Both the position numbers and the translations under genes were made by a program. The notes beneath the pieces were generated by a model. It was not told the DNA's origin, did no database searches, and saw nothing but the letters and a program-made list of their open reading frames with translations. Shown piece by piece: positions 8,378-17,493 of a DNA stretch of 64,000 nt; the first letter of the stretch is position 1; the number at the start of each line of letters is the position of its first letter. The stretch is from Acidobacteriota bacterium. GTDB taxonomy: Bacteria > Acidobacteriota > UBA890 > WLXD01. The DNA lies in NCBI GenBank assembly GCA_965248695.1, contig CBDFKD010000002.1, forward strand, positions 3,680,001-3,744,000, read 5' to 3'.

Positions 8378-8971
8378 CTACTGCTGCGTTCGCGGCACCG
8401 GGTTGGTGATGGTGCCACCGCCCGCCGGGCCCTGCAGGCTCGGCATCATCTGCAGCGCTTGCATCATCCGGTAGGTCACCGGGTTCATTCCCCACAGGCG
8501 CGTGCTTTGGTCCGGATCCTCGAACCACGACAGCGGCGCGAGCTCCTCGGCCGTGCGCGTGGGCTGCCCGGAGTCCGCTACGGCCGCGAGGAAGTTCTCT
8601 GCCGCGTTGACGCGGTCGCGCCAGTTCCGGGTCCAGCCGCGGTACGTGTCGCCACTACCGGCGACCATCGTGATGTCGCGCACCGACCAGCCACTGTCGG
8701 CGGCGGCCGCCAGGCGGACGTCGATGAGGGTTCCATCACCGAGCTGCAGCAGGGCGCTTCCGCCGACGGTGGTCGCCAGCGAGCTGCGCACCTGAACCGT
8801 GTCGAGTGCCAGGCTGACGTCCTGGAGGGCGTACAGCACCTCTTCCGTGGTCGGTGTGTCCTGCGCGTACACCGGAGCTGTCGCCAGAGTGATAGCAAGC
8901 AGCGCGAGGGCGCCAGAACGGATCACGATCTTGGTCCTCGGGGAGGTGCAGTACGCAGCAGCAGGGTTCAA
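8378..8971 (-). CDS. Hypothetical secreted protein
   Basis: Signal peptide ALALLAITLATAPVYAQ; true start may be the GTG near 8926. Confidence 0.65.
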   Translation of the reverse strand: MNPAAAYCTSPRTKIVIRSGALALLAITLATAPVYAQDTPTTEEVLYALQDVSLALDTVQVRSSLATTVGGSALLQLGDGTLIDVRLAAAADSGWSVRDITMVAGSGDTYRGWTRNWRDRVNAAENFLAAVADSGQPTRTAEELAPLSWFEDPDQSTRLWGMNPVTYRMMQALQMMPSLQGPAGGGTITNPVPRTQQ

Positions 8972-9050
8972 TCCAGGTTAGCACAGCGGGCCCATACGGG
9001 TCTTGGACCCGACTGCAACGGGGCGCTCGGGTTGCTGAGCGGACCGGTGG

Positions 9051-9368
9051 TCAGTCCCAGATGCCGAGCATCATCTTGACGTCGTCGGTCGCCATCACCC
9101 GCGGGTCCCACGGAGGCGTCCAGACCAGCTGGATATCGACGTCCTCGACCGCCTCCATCTGCAGGCATGTGGTGTGTACCGCCCCCATGATCTGCGGACC
9201 GACCGGGCACATCGGCGACGTCAGCGTCATCTTGACGCGCAGCCGGCTTTCCTCCTCTTCGGTTTCGACGTCGTAGATCAGCCCGAGGTCGACAATGGAG
9301 ACGTTCATCTCCGGATCGACGATCGGCTTGAGCGCCTCGAAGACCTCTTCCTTGTTCGGTAGCGACAT
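9051..9368 (-). CDS. sufT: Metal-sulfur cluster assembly factor (DUF59/SufT)
   Basis: VDPEMNVSIVDLGLIY, MTLTSPMCP, VWTPPW; last gene of the suf operon. Confidence 0.9.
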   Translation of the reverse strand: MSLPNKEEVFEALKPIVDPEMNVSIVDLGLIYDVETEEEESRLRVKMTLTSPMCPVGPQIMGAVHTTCLQMEAVEDVDIQLVWTPPWDPRVMATDDVKMMLGIWD

Positions 9369-9399
9369 GGTGCCGTGCTCCGTTGGTGTGGTTGCGGGC

Positions 9400-9882
9400 C
9401 TAGTGAGCCCGGACTTCGATGTCCTTGTCGGCTTCAACCTGTGAGGCGAGCTCCGGGTTGTGCTGTGCCAGCGCCTGTTCGAGCGTCATCCATGCTAGCA
9501 GGGCGCACTTGATACGCACCGGGAAGTTCTTCACCCCCTCCAGCGCTTCCAGGTCGCCGGGGTCCGTCCCCGACGGCCAGTCACCGCCGCGCATTACCGC
9601 CTTGAAGGTCTCCTTGAGCTCGATTGCCTCATCGACCGTTTTCCCCTCCAGCTGCTGCGCCAGCATCGAGGCCGAGGCCACCGAGATGGAGCAGCCTGAC
9701 GGCTTGATGTGCAGCCCGCGGATGCGCCCCTCTTCGATGTCGAGGCTCATCACCAGCTCGTCGCCGCACAACGGGTTGAAGCCCTCGACCTGCACCGACG
9801 GTGCGTCGATCTCGCCGGCCCCATGCGGCGTTCGATAGTGGTCGAGGATTACCTCACGGTACAGATCGTCGAGTCCTTGCAT
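9400..9882 (-). CDS. sufU: SUF system NifU/IscU-type scaffold
   Basis: LYREVILDHY, NPLCGDE, GCSISVASASM, FPVRIKCALL. Confidence 0.95.
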   Translation of the reverse strand: MQGLDDLYREVILDHYRTPHGAGEIDAPSVQVEGFNPLCGDELVMSLDIEEGRIRGLHIKPSGCSISVASASMLAQQLEGKTVDEAIELKETFKAVMRGGDWPSGTDPGDLEALEGVKNFPVRIKCALLAWMTLEQALAQHNPELASQVEADKDIEVRAH

Positions 9883-9946
9883 CGGCTTGGGCCGGTCGGG
9901 CGCTCCAGGTGGTATGGCTCGGTTGTCGGGAGGTGCAGACGGGGCG

Positions 9947-11215
9947 TTAGGTCGAGAGGCCGAAGACTTCTCGCGCCGCCAGCAGCGAGTCGATCAACAC
10001 GTCGACCTCGCTCCTGTCGTTGTAGACGTAGAAAGAGGCGCGCGCGCTGGCCATTACCCCCAGCCGCCGCATGAGCGGCTTGGCGCAGTGATGTCCGGCG
10101 CGAATCGCAACGCCGTGCTGATCGAGGATGGTGCCGAGGTCGTGCGGGTGGATCTGGCTGTCGTTGAATGTCACCAGGCCGCAGCGGTCGCTGGGGTTCT
10201 TTGGCCCGAAGATCGTCAGCCACGGTAGCTCCTGTAGCCGCTCGAGCAGGTACTCGTTGATGTGAACCTCGTGGTGACGGACGTTCTCCATGCCGAGCGA
10301 CTCGAGGTAGTCGATGCTGGCTCCCAGCCCCACCGCGTCGGCCACCGAGGGCGAGCCGGCCTCGAACTTGTGAGGCGCCGCCGCCCAGGTGCTGCGCTCG
10401 AGGGTCACGTCGCGGATCATCTCGCCGCCGCCGAGGAACGGGTCCATCTCCTCCATCAGATCGCGATCGACCCATAGGACGCCGATGCCGAGAGGGCCGA
10501 GCGCCTTGTGCGGTGAGTAGGCGTAGAAGTCGCAATCGAGCGCGCTGACGTCGACGGGCCCGTGTGGTACCCCCTGAGCACCGTCGACCAGTACCTTGGC
10601 GCCGACGGTGCGGGCCGCGCAGGCGATCGTCGGGATCGGGTTGATCGTTCCGAGGACGTTTGAAACGTGGCTGATGGCCACCAGCCGGGTGTGCTCGTTG
10701 AGCACCTCATCGAGCTGATCGATGCGCAGATGGCCTTCGTCGTCGATGTCCAGGAAGCGCAGGTTGCAGTCGATCTGTTGGGCGAGGATCTGCCAGGGAA
10801 CGAGGTTGCTGTGGTGCTCGGTGACGCTGAGCATGATCTCGTCGCCGGCGCGCAGGTGGCGCCGCGCCCAGGCGTGCGCCACGAGGTTGATGGATTCGGT
10901 GGTGTTGCGGGTGAAGACGATGCTCTCCGGCGTGGCGGAGTTGAGAAAGCCCGCGACCTTGAGACGAGCTCCCTCGTAGGCATCGGTGGCTTCTTCCGAC
11001 AGTGCGTGGACGCCGCGATGCACATTGGCGTTGGCGGTGCGGTAGAAGTTTGCGATCGCCTCGATCACCGGCTCCGGGCGCTGCGTGGTTGCCGAGTTGT
11101 CGAGATAGACGAGCGGCTTGCCGTGCACTTCCCGACTCAGGATCGGAAAATCCGCCCGGATCTGCGCTACGTCCAGCGCTTGGGGCTCGGTTGCGGGTGC
11201 TGCCGATGTCGACAC
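9947..11215 (-). CDS. sufS: Cysteine desulfurase
   Basis: LVYLDNSATTQ, EHHSNLVPW, SPHK, RAGHHCA. Confidence 0.96.
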   Translation of the reverse strand: MSTSAAPATEPQALDVAQIRADFPILSREVHGKPLVYLDNSATTQRPEPVIEAIANFYRTANANVHRGVHALSEEATDAYEGARLKVAGFLNSATPESIVFTRNTTESINLVAHAWARRHLRAGDEIMLSVTEHHSNLVPWQILAQQIDCNLRFLDIDDEGHLRIDQLDEVLNEHTRLVAISHVSNVLGTINPIPTIACAARTVGAKVLVDGAQGVPHGPVDVSALDCDFYAYSPHKALGPLGIGVLWVDRDLMEEMDPFLGGGEMIRDVTLERSTWAAAPHKFEAGSPSVADAVGLGASIDYLESLGMENVRHHEVHINEYLLERLQELPWLTIFGPKNPSDRCGLVTFNDSQIHPHDLGTILDQHGVAIRAGHHCAKPLMRRLGVMASARASFYVYNDRSEVDVLIDSLLAAREVFGLST

Positions 11216-11227
11216 GTTTGGCCTCGT

Positions 11228-11590
11228 CTACCAGTCGTCGCCGGCGGCCGTCGGATCGTCCGCCGATTCGGGCACCGCCACCTGTACCTGGCCATCCTGC
11301 TCGCGCACCGGGAAGGTGCCGATGGGCACGATCGCCGGCATCGACAGAACCTCGCCGGTACGGATATCGAATTGCGCTCCGTGGCGCGGGCACTGAATGG
11401 CGTGCCCCTGGAGTCGTCCCTCGCCCAGCGGCCCGTCGTCGTGACTGCAGACGTCCTGAACGGCGAACAGCTTGCCTTCGGCGCGCGCCACGGCGATCCG
11501 AGTGCCGTCCACCGTGAACGTTCGGGCCTCGCCGTCCGGAATCGTCTCCGAGGTGCCGACCTCTACCCACTTCTGTGTGGTTGTGCTCAT
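11228..11590 (-). CDS. Rieske-type ferredoxin
   Basis: CSHD...CPRHGAQFD. Confidence 0.92.
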   Translation of the reverse strand: MSTTTQKWVEVGTSETIPDGEARTFTVDGTRIAVARAEGKLFAVQDVCSHDDGPLGEGRLQGHAIQCPRHGAQFDIRTGEVLSMPAIVPIGTFPVREQDGQVQVAVPESADDPTAAGDDW

Positions 11591-11592
11591 GG

Positions 11593-12900
11593 TCAGTTCC
11601 TGCCCGCGAGCTTGGCGTCGATGTAACCCCAGAGGCGATCGCGCAGCTCGTCGTCCTCGATACGATCCATCGCGGGTCCGAAGAAGCCCTCGACGATCAA
11701 CCGCTCGGCCTCCGACTCCGTCAGGCCGCGGGTGCGCAGGTAGTAGACCTGCTCCTCGTCGATCGGCCCGACGGTAGCGCCGTGGGTGCAGCGCACCTCC
11801 TCGTTGAGGATCTCGAGCTCGGGGATCGACTCGGCGCGACAGGTCGGGTCGAGCATCAGGTTGCGATTCTCCTGATAGGCCTCGCTGTTGGGCGCGTCCA
11901 GATCGATGCGAATCAGCCCGGTGTAAACCGAGCGCGCTTGATCCTCTAGCACCACCTTGAAATCCATGTCCGAGAAGCTGTTGCCGACCTCGTGAATATG
12001 CTCGGTGTGGTTGTCGAAGTGCTGGCGATTGCTGCCGAAGATCACGCCGATCATCTCCGCCTGGGCATTGCCGCCCTGCTGCACGTTGCCGAGGTTGGCC
12101 TTGCTGTACTGGCCACCGAGGCCGATGTTGACGGTGGTCACGGACGCGTCACGCCGCAACAGGAATCGCTGGCGGGCGTGGCTTCGCGTCTTCGCTCCCC
12201 AGCGCTGGACGTTGAAGTAGGAGAGTCGGGAGTTGGGCAACAGCGTGCCCTCGACGACCGAGTTCGCCAGCACGCGGGGATGCTCGCCGCCGTTGCTGTA
12301 CTCGTCGAAAAGGGTCGCCTCGGCACCTTCGTCGATTACCACCAGTAGCCGCGTGAACAGGCCGGCCAGATCGGCCGTAGCGTGTTGGAAGAGGTGAATC
12401 GGCTTGTCGACCTTGACGTTGCGGGGCACGTAGAGAAATAGCCCGCCGGCGAACAGGGCGGCGTTGAGTGCCTCGAACTTGCCCGAGTCGGCGCCGGCAG
12501 CTGTGCCGAGGTGGGCTCGGACGAGGTCTTCGTGCTCGCGGGCCGCGGTTCCGAGGTCGGTGAGCACGACGCCAGCGTCGCGCCATTGCGGGTCGATCCA
12601 GCACGACTTCAGCACCGCGTTCTCGACCATCACCACGGCCGCCGGGTCGCCCGAGAGGCCTTCCGGCACGGTGTCGGTAGCGGCCGCGCCGTTGGTGATC
12701 AGCGGCGTGATGCGGTCGGGAAGGAACTTCTCGGGTTCCGAGTAGCGCCACAAATGTGCGACGCGATCAGGCAGCGGCGCGGCCGAGTAGGTGTCCCAGG
12801 CGTCATGGCGCCACTGCGCCAGCCACTCGGGCTCGTCGGCCCCCTGCGCAATCGCGCGTACATCGTCAGAGGTCACAGAGGGTTGAACGGTCGCTTCCAT
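11593..12900 (-). CDS. sufD: Fe-S assembly protein SufD
   Basis: PELEILNEEVRCTHGATVG, YYLRTRGL; position in operon. Confidence 0.93.
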   Translation of the reverse strand: MEATVQPSVTSDDVRAIAQGADEPEWLAQWRHDAWDTYSAAPLPDRVAHLWRYSEPEKFLPDRITPLITNGAAATDTVPEGLSGDPAAVVMVENAVLKSCWIDPQWRDAGVVLTDLGTAAREHEDLVRAHLGTAAGADSGKFEALNAALFAGGLFLYVPRNVKVDKPIHLFQHATADLAGLFTRLLVVIDEGAEATLFDEYSNGGEHPRVLANSVVEGTLLPNSRLSYFNVQRWGAKTRSHARQRFLLRRDASVTTVNIGLGGQYSKANLGNVQQGGNAQAEMIGVIFGSNRQHFDNHTEHIHEVGNSFSDMDFKVVLEDQARSVYTGLIRIDLDAPNSEAYQENRNLMLDPTCRAESIPELEILNEEVRCTHGATVGPIDEEQVYYLRTRGLTESEAERLIVEGFFGPAMDRIEDDELRDRLWGYIDAKLAGRN

Positions 12901-12997
12901 CGATGTCTTCTCTAGATGTCGTCCGGGCAGGAGTCGTTGGACAGGTGTCGCGCCTCGCGGCGCCTCGATGCGGCGGAAAACGTCGTGTGTCGGCCTG

Positions 12998-14410
12998 CTA
13001 GCCGACCGAGCCTTCCATCTCGAGCTGGATGAGCCGGTTGAGCTCGACGGCGTACTCCATCGGCAGCTCCTTCACGAACGGCTCGATGAATCCGTTGACC
13101 ACCATCACCAGCGCTTCCTCCTCCGTGAGCCCGCGGCTCATGAGGTAGAACAGCTGCTCGTCGCCGACCTTGGAGACCCGCGCCTCGTGCTCCACCTGCA
13201 CCTGTTCCTCGGCGATCTCCATCGTCGGGTAGGTGTCGGAGCGCGACTCGGTATCCATCAGCAGCGCGTCGCACTCGACGTGCACCTTCGAGCCGATGGC
13301 GCCCGGATAGACCTTCACCATGCCGCGATACGACGACCGTCCGCCGCCTTTGGAGATCGACTTCGAGGTGATGCGCGAGGTCGTGCGCGGTGCCACGTGG
13401 TAGATCTTGGCGCCGGCGTCCTGATGCTGGCCCTCGTTGGAAAAAGCCACCGAGAGAATCTCACCATGGGCGCCTTCGCCCACGAGGTAGACGCACGGGA
13501 ACTTCATCGTCAGCTTGGAGCCGAGGTTGCCATCGACCCATTCTACGGTGGCGTTCTCATGCGCGATGGCGCGCTTGGTCACCAGGTTGTAGACGTTCTT
13601 GGACCAGTTCTGGATGGTCGTGTAGCGCAGGTGCGAGCCCGGGAGAGCCACCAGCTCGACCACTGCCGAGTGCAGCGAGTCCTTCGCGTAGGTCGGCGCT
13701 GTGCACCCCTCTATGTAGTGCACCCGCGAGCCCTCGTCGGCGATGATCAGCGTGCGCTCGAACTGACCCATGTTCTCCGAGTTGATGCGGAAATAGGCCT
13801 GCAACGGGATCGCCACCTCGACTCCCGGAGGCACGTAGACGAACGAGCCGCCCGACCATACCGACGAGTTGAGGGCCGCGAACTTGTTGTCCTCCGGCGG
13901 GATCATGGTGGCGAAGTACTTCCTCACTAGCTCCTCATGCTCGCGCAGACCAGTGTCCATGTCGGTGAAGATGACGCCCTGTGCTTCGATCTCCTCCTGC
14001 AACGAGTGGTACACGACCTCGGACTCGTACTGTGCCGAGACGCCGGCGAGGAACTTGCGCTCGGCCTCTGGAATGCCGAGCTTCTCGAACGTGTTCTTGA
14101 TGTACTCGGGCACGTCGTCCCAGTTGTCGCTCTGCTCCTCGGTCGGCTTCAGGTAGTAGTAGATCTCGTCGAAATCGATCGAGTTGAGCAGCTCCTCGTT
14201 GCCCCATCCCGGCATCGGCTTGGACTCGAAGATCTCGAGCGAGCGCAGGCGGAACTCGGTCATCCATTCGGGCTCTTTCTTCATCGCCGAGATCGAGCGC
14301 ACTACATCGGCGCTGATGCCACGCTCGGCCTTGAAGACCGAGATCTCGGGATCGTGGAAGCCGTACTTGTACTCGTCGTTGATGTTCAGATCTTCGGAGC
14401 GTGTCGACAT
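12998..14410 (-). CDS. sufB: Fe-S assembly protein SufB
   Basis: [33 protein letters not shown]. Confidence 0.97.
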   Translation of the reverse strand: MSTRSEDLNINDEYKYGFHDPEISVFKAERGISADVVRSISAMKKEPEWMTEFRLRSLEIFESKPMPGWGNEELLNSIDFDEIYYYLKPTEEQSDNWDDVPEYIKNTFEKLGIPEAERKFLAGVSAQYESEVVYHSLQEEIEAQGVIFTDMDTGLREHEELVRKYFATMIPPEDNKFAALNSSVWSGGSFVYVPPGVEVAIPLQAYFRINSENMGQFERTLIIADEGSRVHYIEGCTAPTYAKDSLHSAVVELVALPGSHLRYTTIQNWSKNVYNLVTKRAIAHENATVEWVDGNLGSKLTMKFPCVYLVGEGAHGEILSVAFSNEGQHQDAGAKIYHVAPRTTSRITSKSISKGGGRSSYRGMVKVYPGAIGSKVHVECDALLMDTESRSDTYPTMEIAEEQVQVEHEARVSKVGDEQLFYLMSRGLTEEEALVMVVNGFIEPFVKELPMEYAVELNRLIQLEMEGSVG

Positions 14411-14421
14411 GGTTGATTCCT

Positions 14422-15189
14422 CTAGGCTTCGACCGGCTCGAGTAGCTCGTCCTCGAGCCACTCGTAGCCCTTCTCTTCGAGAGCGTGCGCCAACTCGGGG
14501 CCGCCCGTGCGAACGATTTTGCCGTCCATCATCACGTGCACCACATCCGGAGAGATGTAGTTGAGCACCCGCTGGTAGTGGGTGATGACCAGGTGCGAGC
14601 GCTCCGGTGAGCGCGTTGCGTTGACGCCCTCGGCGACCGTTTTGAGGGCGTCGATGTCGAGGCCGGAGTCGGTCTCGTCGAGGATACAGAAATCTGGTTC
14701 CAGCATGAACATCTGTAGAATTTCCAGGCGCTTCTTCTCACCGCCGGAGAATCCCTCATTGACGTAGCGGCCAGTGAACGACTTGTCGACGCCGAGCAGC
14801 TCCATGGCAGCGTTGAGCTTGTCGCGAAAGTCACGGACTGCCAGGTTCTCGTCGCGGGCCTTCAGCGCCGAGTGCATGAACTTCGCCACCGTCACGCCTG
14901 AAATCGCCATCGGGTACTGGAACGCCAGGAACATGCCGAGGCGGGCGCGCTTGTCGGTGTCGAGCTCGCTCACATCTTGGCCGTTGTAGAGGATCTGGCC
15001 GTCGAGCACCTCGTAGTGCGGATGCCCGAGGGTCACGTAAGCGAGGGTGCTCTTGCCGGAGCCGTTGCGGCCCATCAACGCGTGGACCTCGCCGCGGTCG
15101 ATCTTCAGATCAAGACCGCGCAGGATCTCCTTGCCTTCGATCGCTACCCGCAGGCCTTTGACCTCGAATAGCGGCGTCTGCTCGCTCAT
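14422..15189 (-). CDS. sufC: Fe-S assembly ATPase SufC
   Basis: [34 protein letters not shown]. Confidence 0.97.
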   Translation of the reverse strand: MSEQTPLFEVKGLRVAIEGKEILRGLDLKIDRGEVHALMGRNGSGKSTLAYVTLGHPHYEVLDGQILYNGQDVSELDTDKRARLGMFLAFQYPMAISGVTVAKFMHSALKARDENLAVRDFRDKLNAAMELLGVDKSFTGRYVNEGFSGGEKKRLEILQMFMLEPDFCILDETDSGLDIDALKTVAEGVNATRSPERSHLVITHYQRVLNYISPDVVHVMMDGKIVRTGGPELAHALEEKGYEWLEDELLEPVEA

Positions 15190-15207
15190 CAACTGGTGCT
15201 CCTGGTT

Positions 15208-15756
15208 TCAGTTCTCGTCCTGTAGACGGCCGGAATCGGAAAGCTGCACCTTGTGGAGGGTCGGTGCGGCTGGAATCGTGGTTGCGTTCAAGAGGTCTGC
15301 AGCGGGCTCGGCCCCGGGCCGCAGCTCGCGGCACATGTCGCGCTCGGAGCGCAGCAGGTCGGCCAGCGTGATGCTTTCGAGCAACTGGCTTACGCGCTCG
15401 GAAAGCGTCGACCATACAGGGCGCAGGGCGCAGGCGGTCTCGTGCACGCAGACCTCGCCGGCACCAGCGTGGCGCTCGCAGTATTCCGCATCGAAGAGCT
15501 GATTAGAAAGCGCCAGAACGATCTCGGCCAGATTGATGTCGTCGGCCGTGCGTGCCAGCACGAATCCGCCGTTGCGGCCGCGAATGCTATCCACCAGACC
15601 TTGCTGGCGCAGCGTGTTCAGGAGCTTGCCGGCATACTCGGGTGTCAAGCCTTCGTTCGCCGCCACCTGATTCATCGTCATCGGCTGCCCGGCATCGTGA
15701 AGCGCGAGCTGCAGCATACAGCGCATGCCGTATTCCTCGAGCGCAGTGATTTTCAC
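15208..15756 (-). CDS. Rrf2 family (IscR/SufR-like) transcriptional regulator
   Basis: KITALEEYG, SIRGRNGGFVL, three Cys (C..C..C); heads the suf operon; GTG start at 15756. Confidence 0.92.
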   Translation of the reverse strand: MKITALEEYGMRCMLQLALHDAGQPMTMNQVAANEGLTPEYAGKLLNTLRQQGLVDSIRGRNGGFVLARTADDINLAEIVLALSNQLFDAEYCERHAGAGEVCVHETACALRPVWSTLSERVSQLLESITLADLLRSERDMCRELRPGAEPAADLLNATTIPAAPTLHKVQLSDSGRLQDEN

Positions 15757-15861
15757 GGGAGGCTCCGAAGAGGGAAGCCGAGCACGAGAGCGGCGCAGCT
15801 TCAATAAAGGCGCGCGCTCGCGTCAGTCGAGCATTCGCGCATCCAGCCTTGAGGATACACC

Positions 15862-15887
15862 AAAACCAGACTTTTCTTTCTACTTTT
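15862..15887. promoter_or_regulatory. Candidate Rrf2/IscR-type operator
   Basis: AT-rich imperfect palindrome AAAACCAGACTTTTCTTTCTACTTTT about 105 bp upstream of the Rrf2 start. Confidence 0.5.
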
Positions 15888-15967
15888 GTACTGGCTACCG
15901 CCGGCGATGCGGACGGCCACCGGAGCGCGCTCGCGATAAAGGAGTTGCGGCACAGCCTGGACTGGAG

Positions 15968-16570
15968 TCAGTACTTCTTCGACCAGGGGAACTTGGCGTG
16001 CTCGCGCGACTCCGGGACATAGTGCTGCAGCGACTTCACGTAGCCGAACTCCTTGGGGAACGAGAGCTCGTAGTCATCGGGGTTGACGCCGTCGTCGAAG
16101 AAGACCTTCTTGGCGTCGCGCGCTGCCTTTGTCATGAGGATCCCGCCACGAATGGTCTCGGCCGGGTAGGCGCGCGTGCAGACGAGGTTGGCGTTGAGCA
16201 CGCCGGCCGGTTCCAAGTAGAACAGAAAATCCGAGTCGTCGAACTCGCCGGCCAGCACGGACGTTTCGAACGCCAACTGTCCAATGACGATGCCCTGACA
16301 GGTTGCCGGGTCTGGAGGAGGCGGCGGAGGAGGTTCCGCGTCGGCATCCTTGGCGGCCGCCTCTGTCGGCGGCGCCGCAGCGGAGTCGCTTGCTTCTGCG
16401 GTCTCGGCTGGGGCGATCGGCGTAGGCTCGGCCGCCGCAGCCTCGGCGTTGGCCTGCGGCTCAGGCGCGGCTGGTGCAGCCTCGGCGTTGGCGGTTGGCT
16501 CAGGCGCGCCTGTCGCAGCCGCGGGAACCCCGTCCTCAGGCGGGGTTGCCGCGTCATCAGCGGCTGTCAT
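15968..16570 (-). CDS. Hypothetical protein: Ala/Pro/Glu-rich N-terminus plus globular C-terminal domain
   Basis: GGAGG SD; about 88 low-complexity residues followed by about 110 globular residues. Confidence 0.75.
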   Translation of the reverse strand: MTAADDAATPPEDGVPAAATGAPEPTANAEAAPAAPEPQANAEAAAAEPTPIAPAETAEASDSAAAPPTEAAAKDADAEPPPPPPPDPATCQGIVIGQLAFETSVLAGEFDDSDFLFYLEPAGVLNANLVCTRAYPAETIRGGILMTKAARDAKKVFFDDGVNPDDYELSFPKEFGYVKSLQHYVPESREHAKFPWSKKY

Positions 16571-16663
16571 CTTGACCTCCTGTCAGTCCGGCTTCGTAGA
16601 GCGCGGGCTAGGATATCAGGTAGGGCGCTCACCGGTCGAAACGGTTGAGACACAGGTTAACCC

Positions 16664-16696
16664 CCGTACCGTCCGGTCATTGACAGGTCGGTACGG
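16664..16696. promoter_or_regulatory. 33-bp palindrome overlapping TTGACA
   Basis: ccgtaccgtccggtca-t-tgacaggtcggtacgg between divergent genes. Confidence 0.55.
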
Positions 16697-16782
16697 TCGA
16701 AAGAAGATTCCCTCGCTAGTGCACTTCGTCCCGAACGGCCCGGAATCACGGGAGAGAGCTGCTGAAGATCGACGCGGGAGCC

Positions 16783-17493
16783 ATGTCGCTGGTGGGCACT
16801 GTGCGGCGCCACAATGAAGATGCCTGCCGGGCTGAAAAGGACCTCGGTCTGTTCGTCGTCGCAGATGGTCTCGGCGGCCACCGCGCCGGCGAACACGCCA
16901 GCAACATGGCGGTCGAGGTCCTGGCACACACGCTGCAGACATCGCGTGACAATGACGACGGACTGAATCTCGACCTCGTGCTCGACGGCTTTGATCGGGC
17001 CAACCACGGCATTCTGAACGACGCTCGCAACTCGCCCGAGCGCGAGGGGATGGGGACCACCCTGACGGCGATCGTGGTTGACGGCGACCGCTTGTTGCTG
17101 GGGCATGTCGGCGACAGTCGCGCCTGGCGTATTCGTGATGGCGTGATCGAACAGCTCACGCAGGACCACACCGTCGTTGCGCAGCAGGTGCGCGACGGCG
17201 TGCTCACCGAGGCCGATGCCGAGAAACACCCGATGCGCCACGTTCTCAGCCGTTGTTTGGGAGTTCGTGAAGAGATCGAAGTGGACCTCGTAGAAGGCGC
17301 CGTCACCCCGGGTGACGTCTACGTGCTGGCCTCAGACGGTCTGATTCCCTCGTCGCCCCCCGACGAGATCGCCCGGATGGTGCGCGAGAACAGCGACGCC
17401 CAGATCGCTGCAGAAGTCCTGGCGAACCGGGCGTGTGAGCAAGACGGTCGAGACAACATCACCGTGGTAGTGGTGGTATGCGCCGAGGACTGA
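16783..17493 (+). CDS. PP2C-family Ser/Thr phosphatase
   Basis: RRHNED, VADGLGGH, MGTTLT, HVGDSR, SDGL, DGRDNIT; may start at CTG 16762. Confidence 0.93.
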   Translation: MSLVGTVRRHNEDACRAEKDLGLFVVADGLGGHRAGEHASNMAVEVLAHTLQTSRDNDDGLNLDLVLDGFDRANHGILNDARNSPEREGMGTTLTAIVVDGDRLLLGHVGDSRAWRIRDGVIEQLTQDHTVVAQQVRDGVLTEADAEKHPMRHVLSRCLGVREEIEVDLVEGAVTPGDVYVLASDGLIPSSPPDEIARMVRENSDAQIAAEVLANRACEQDGRDNITVVVVVCAED

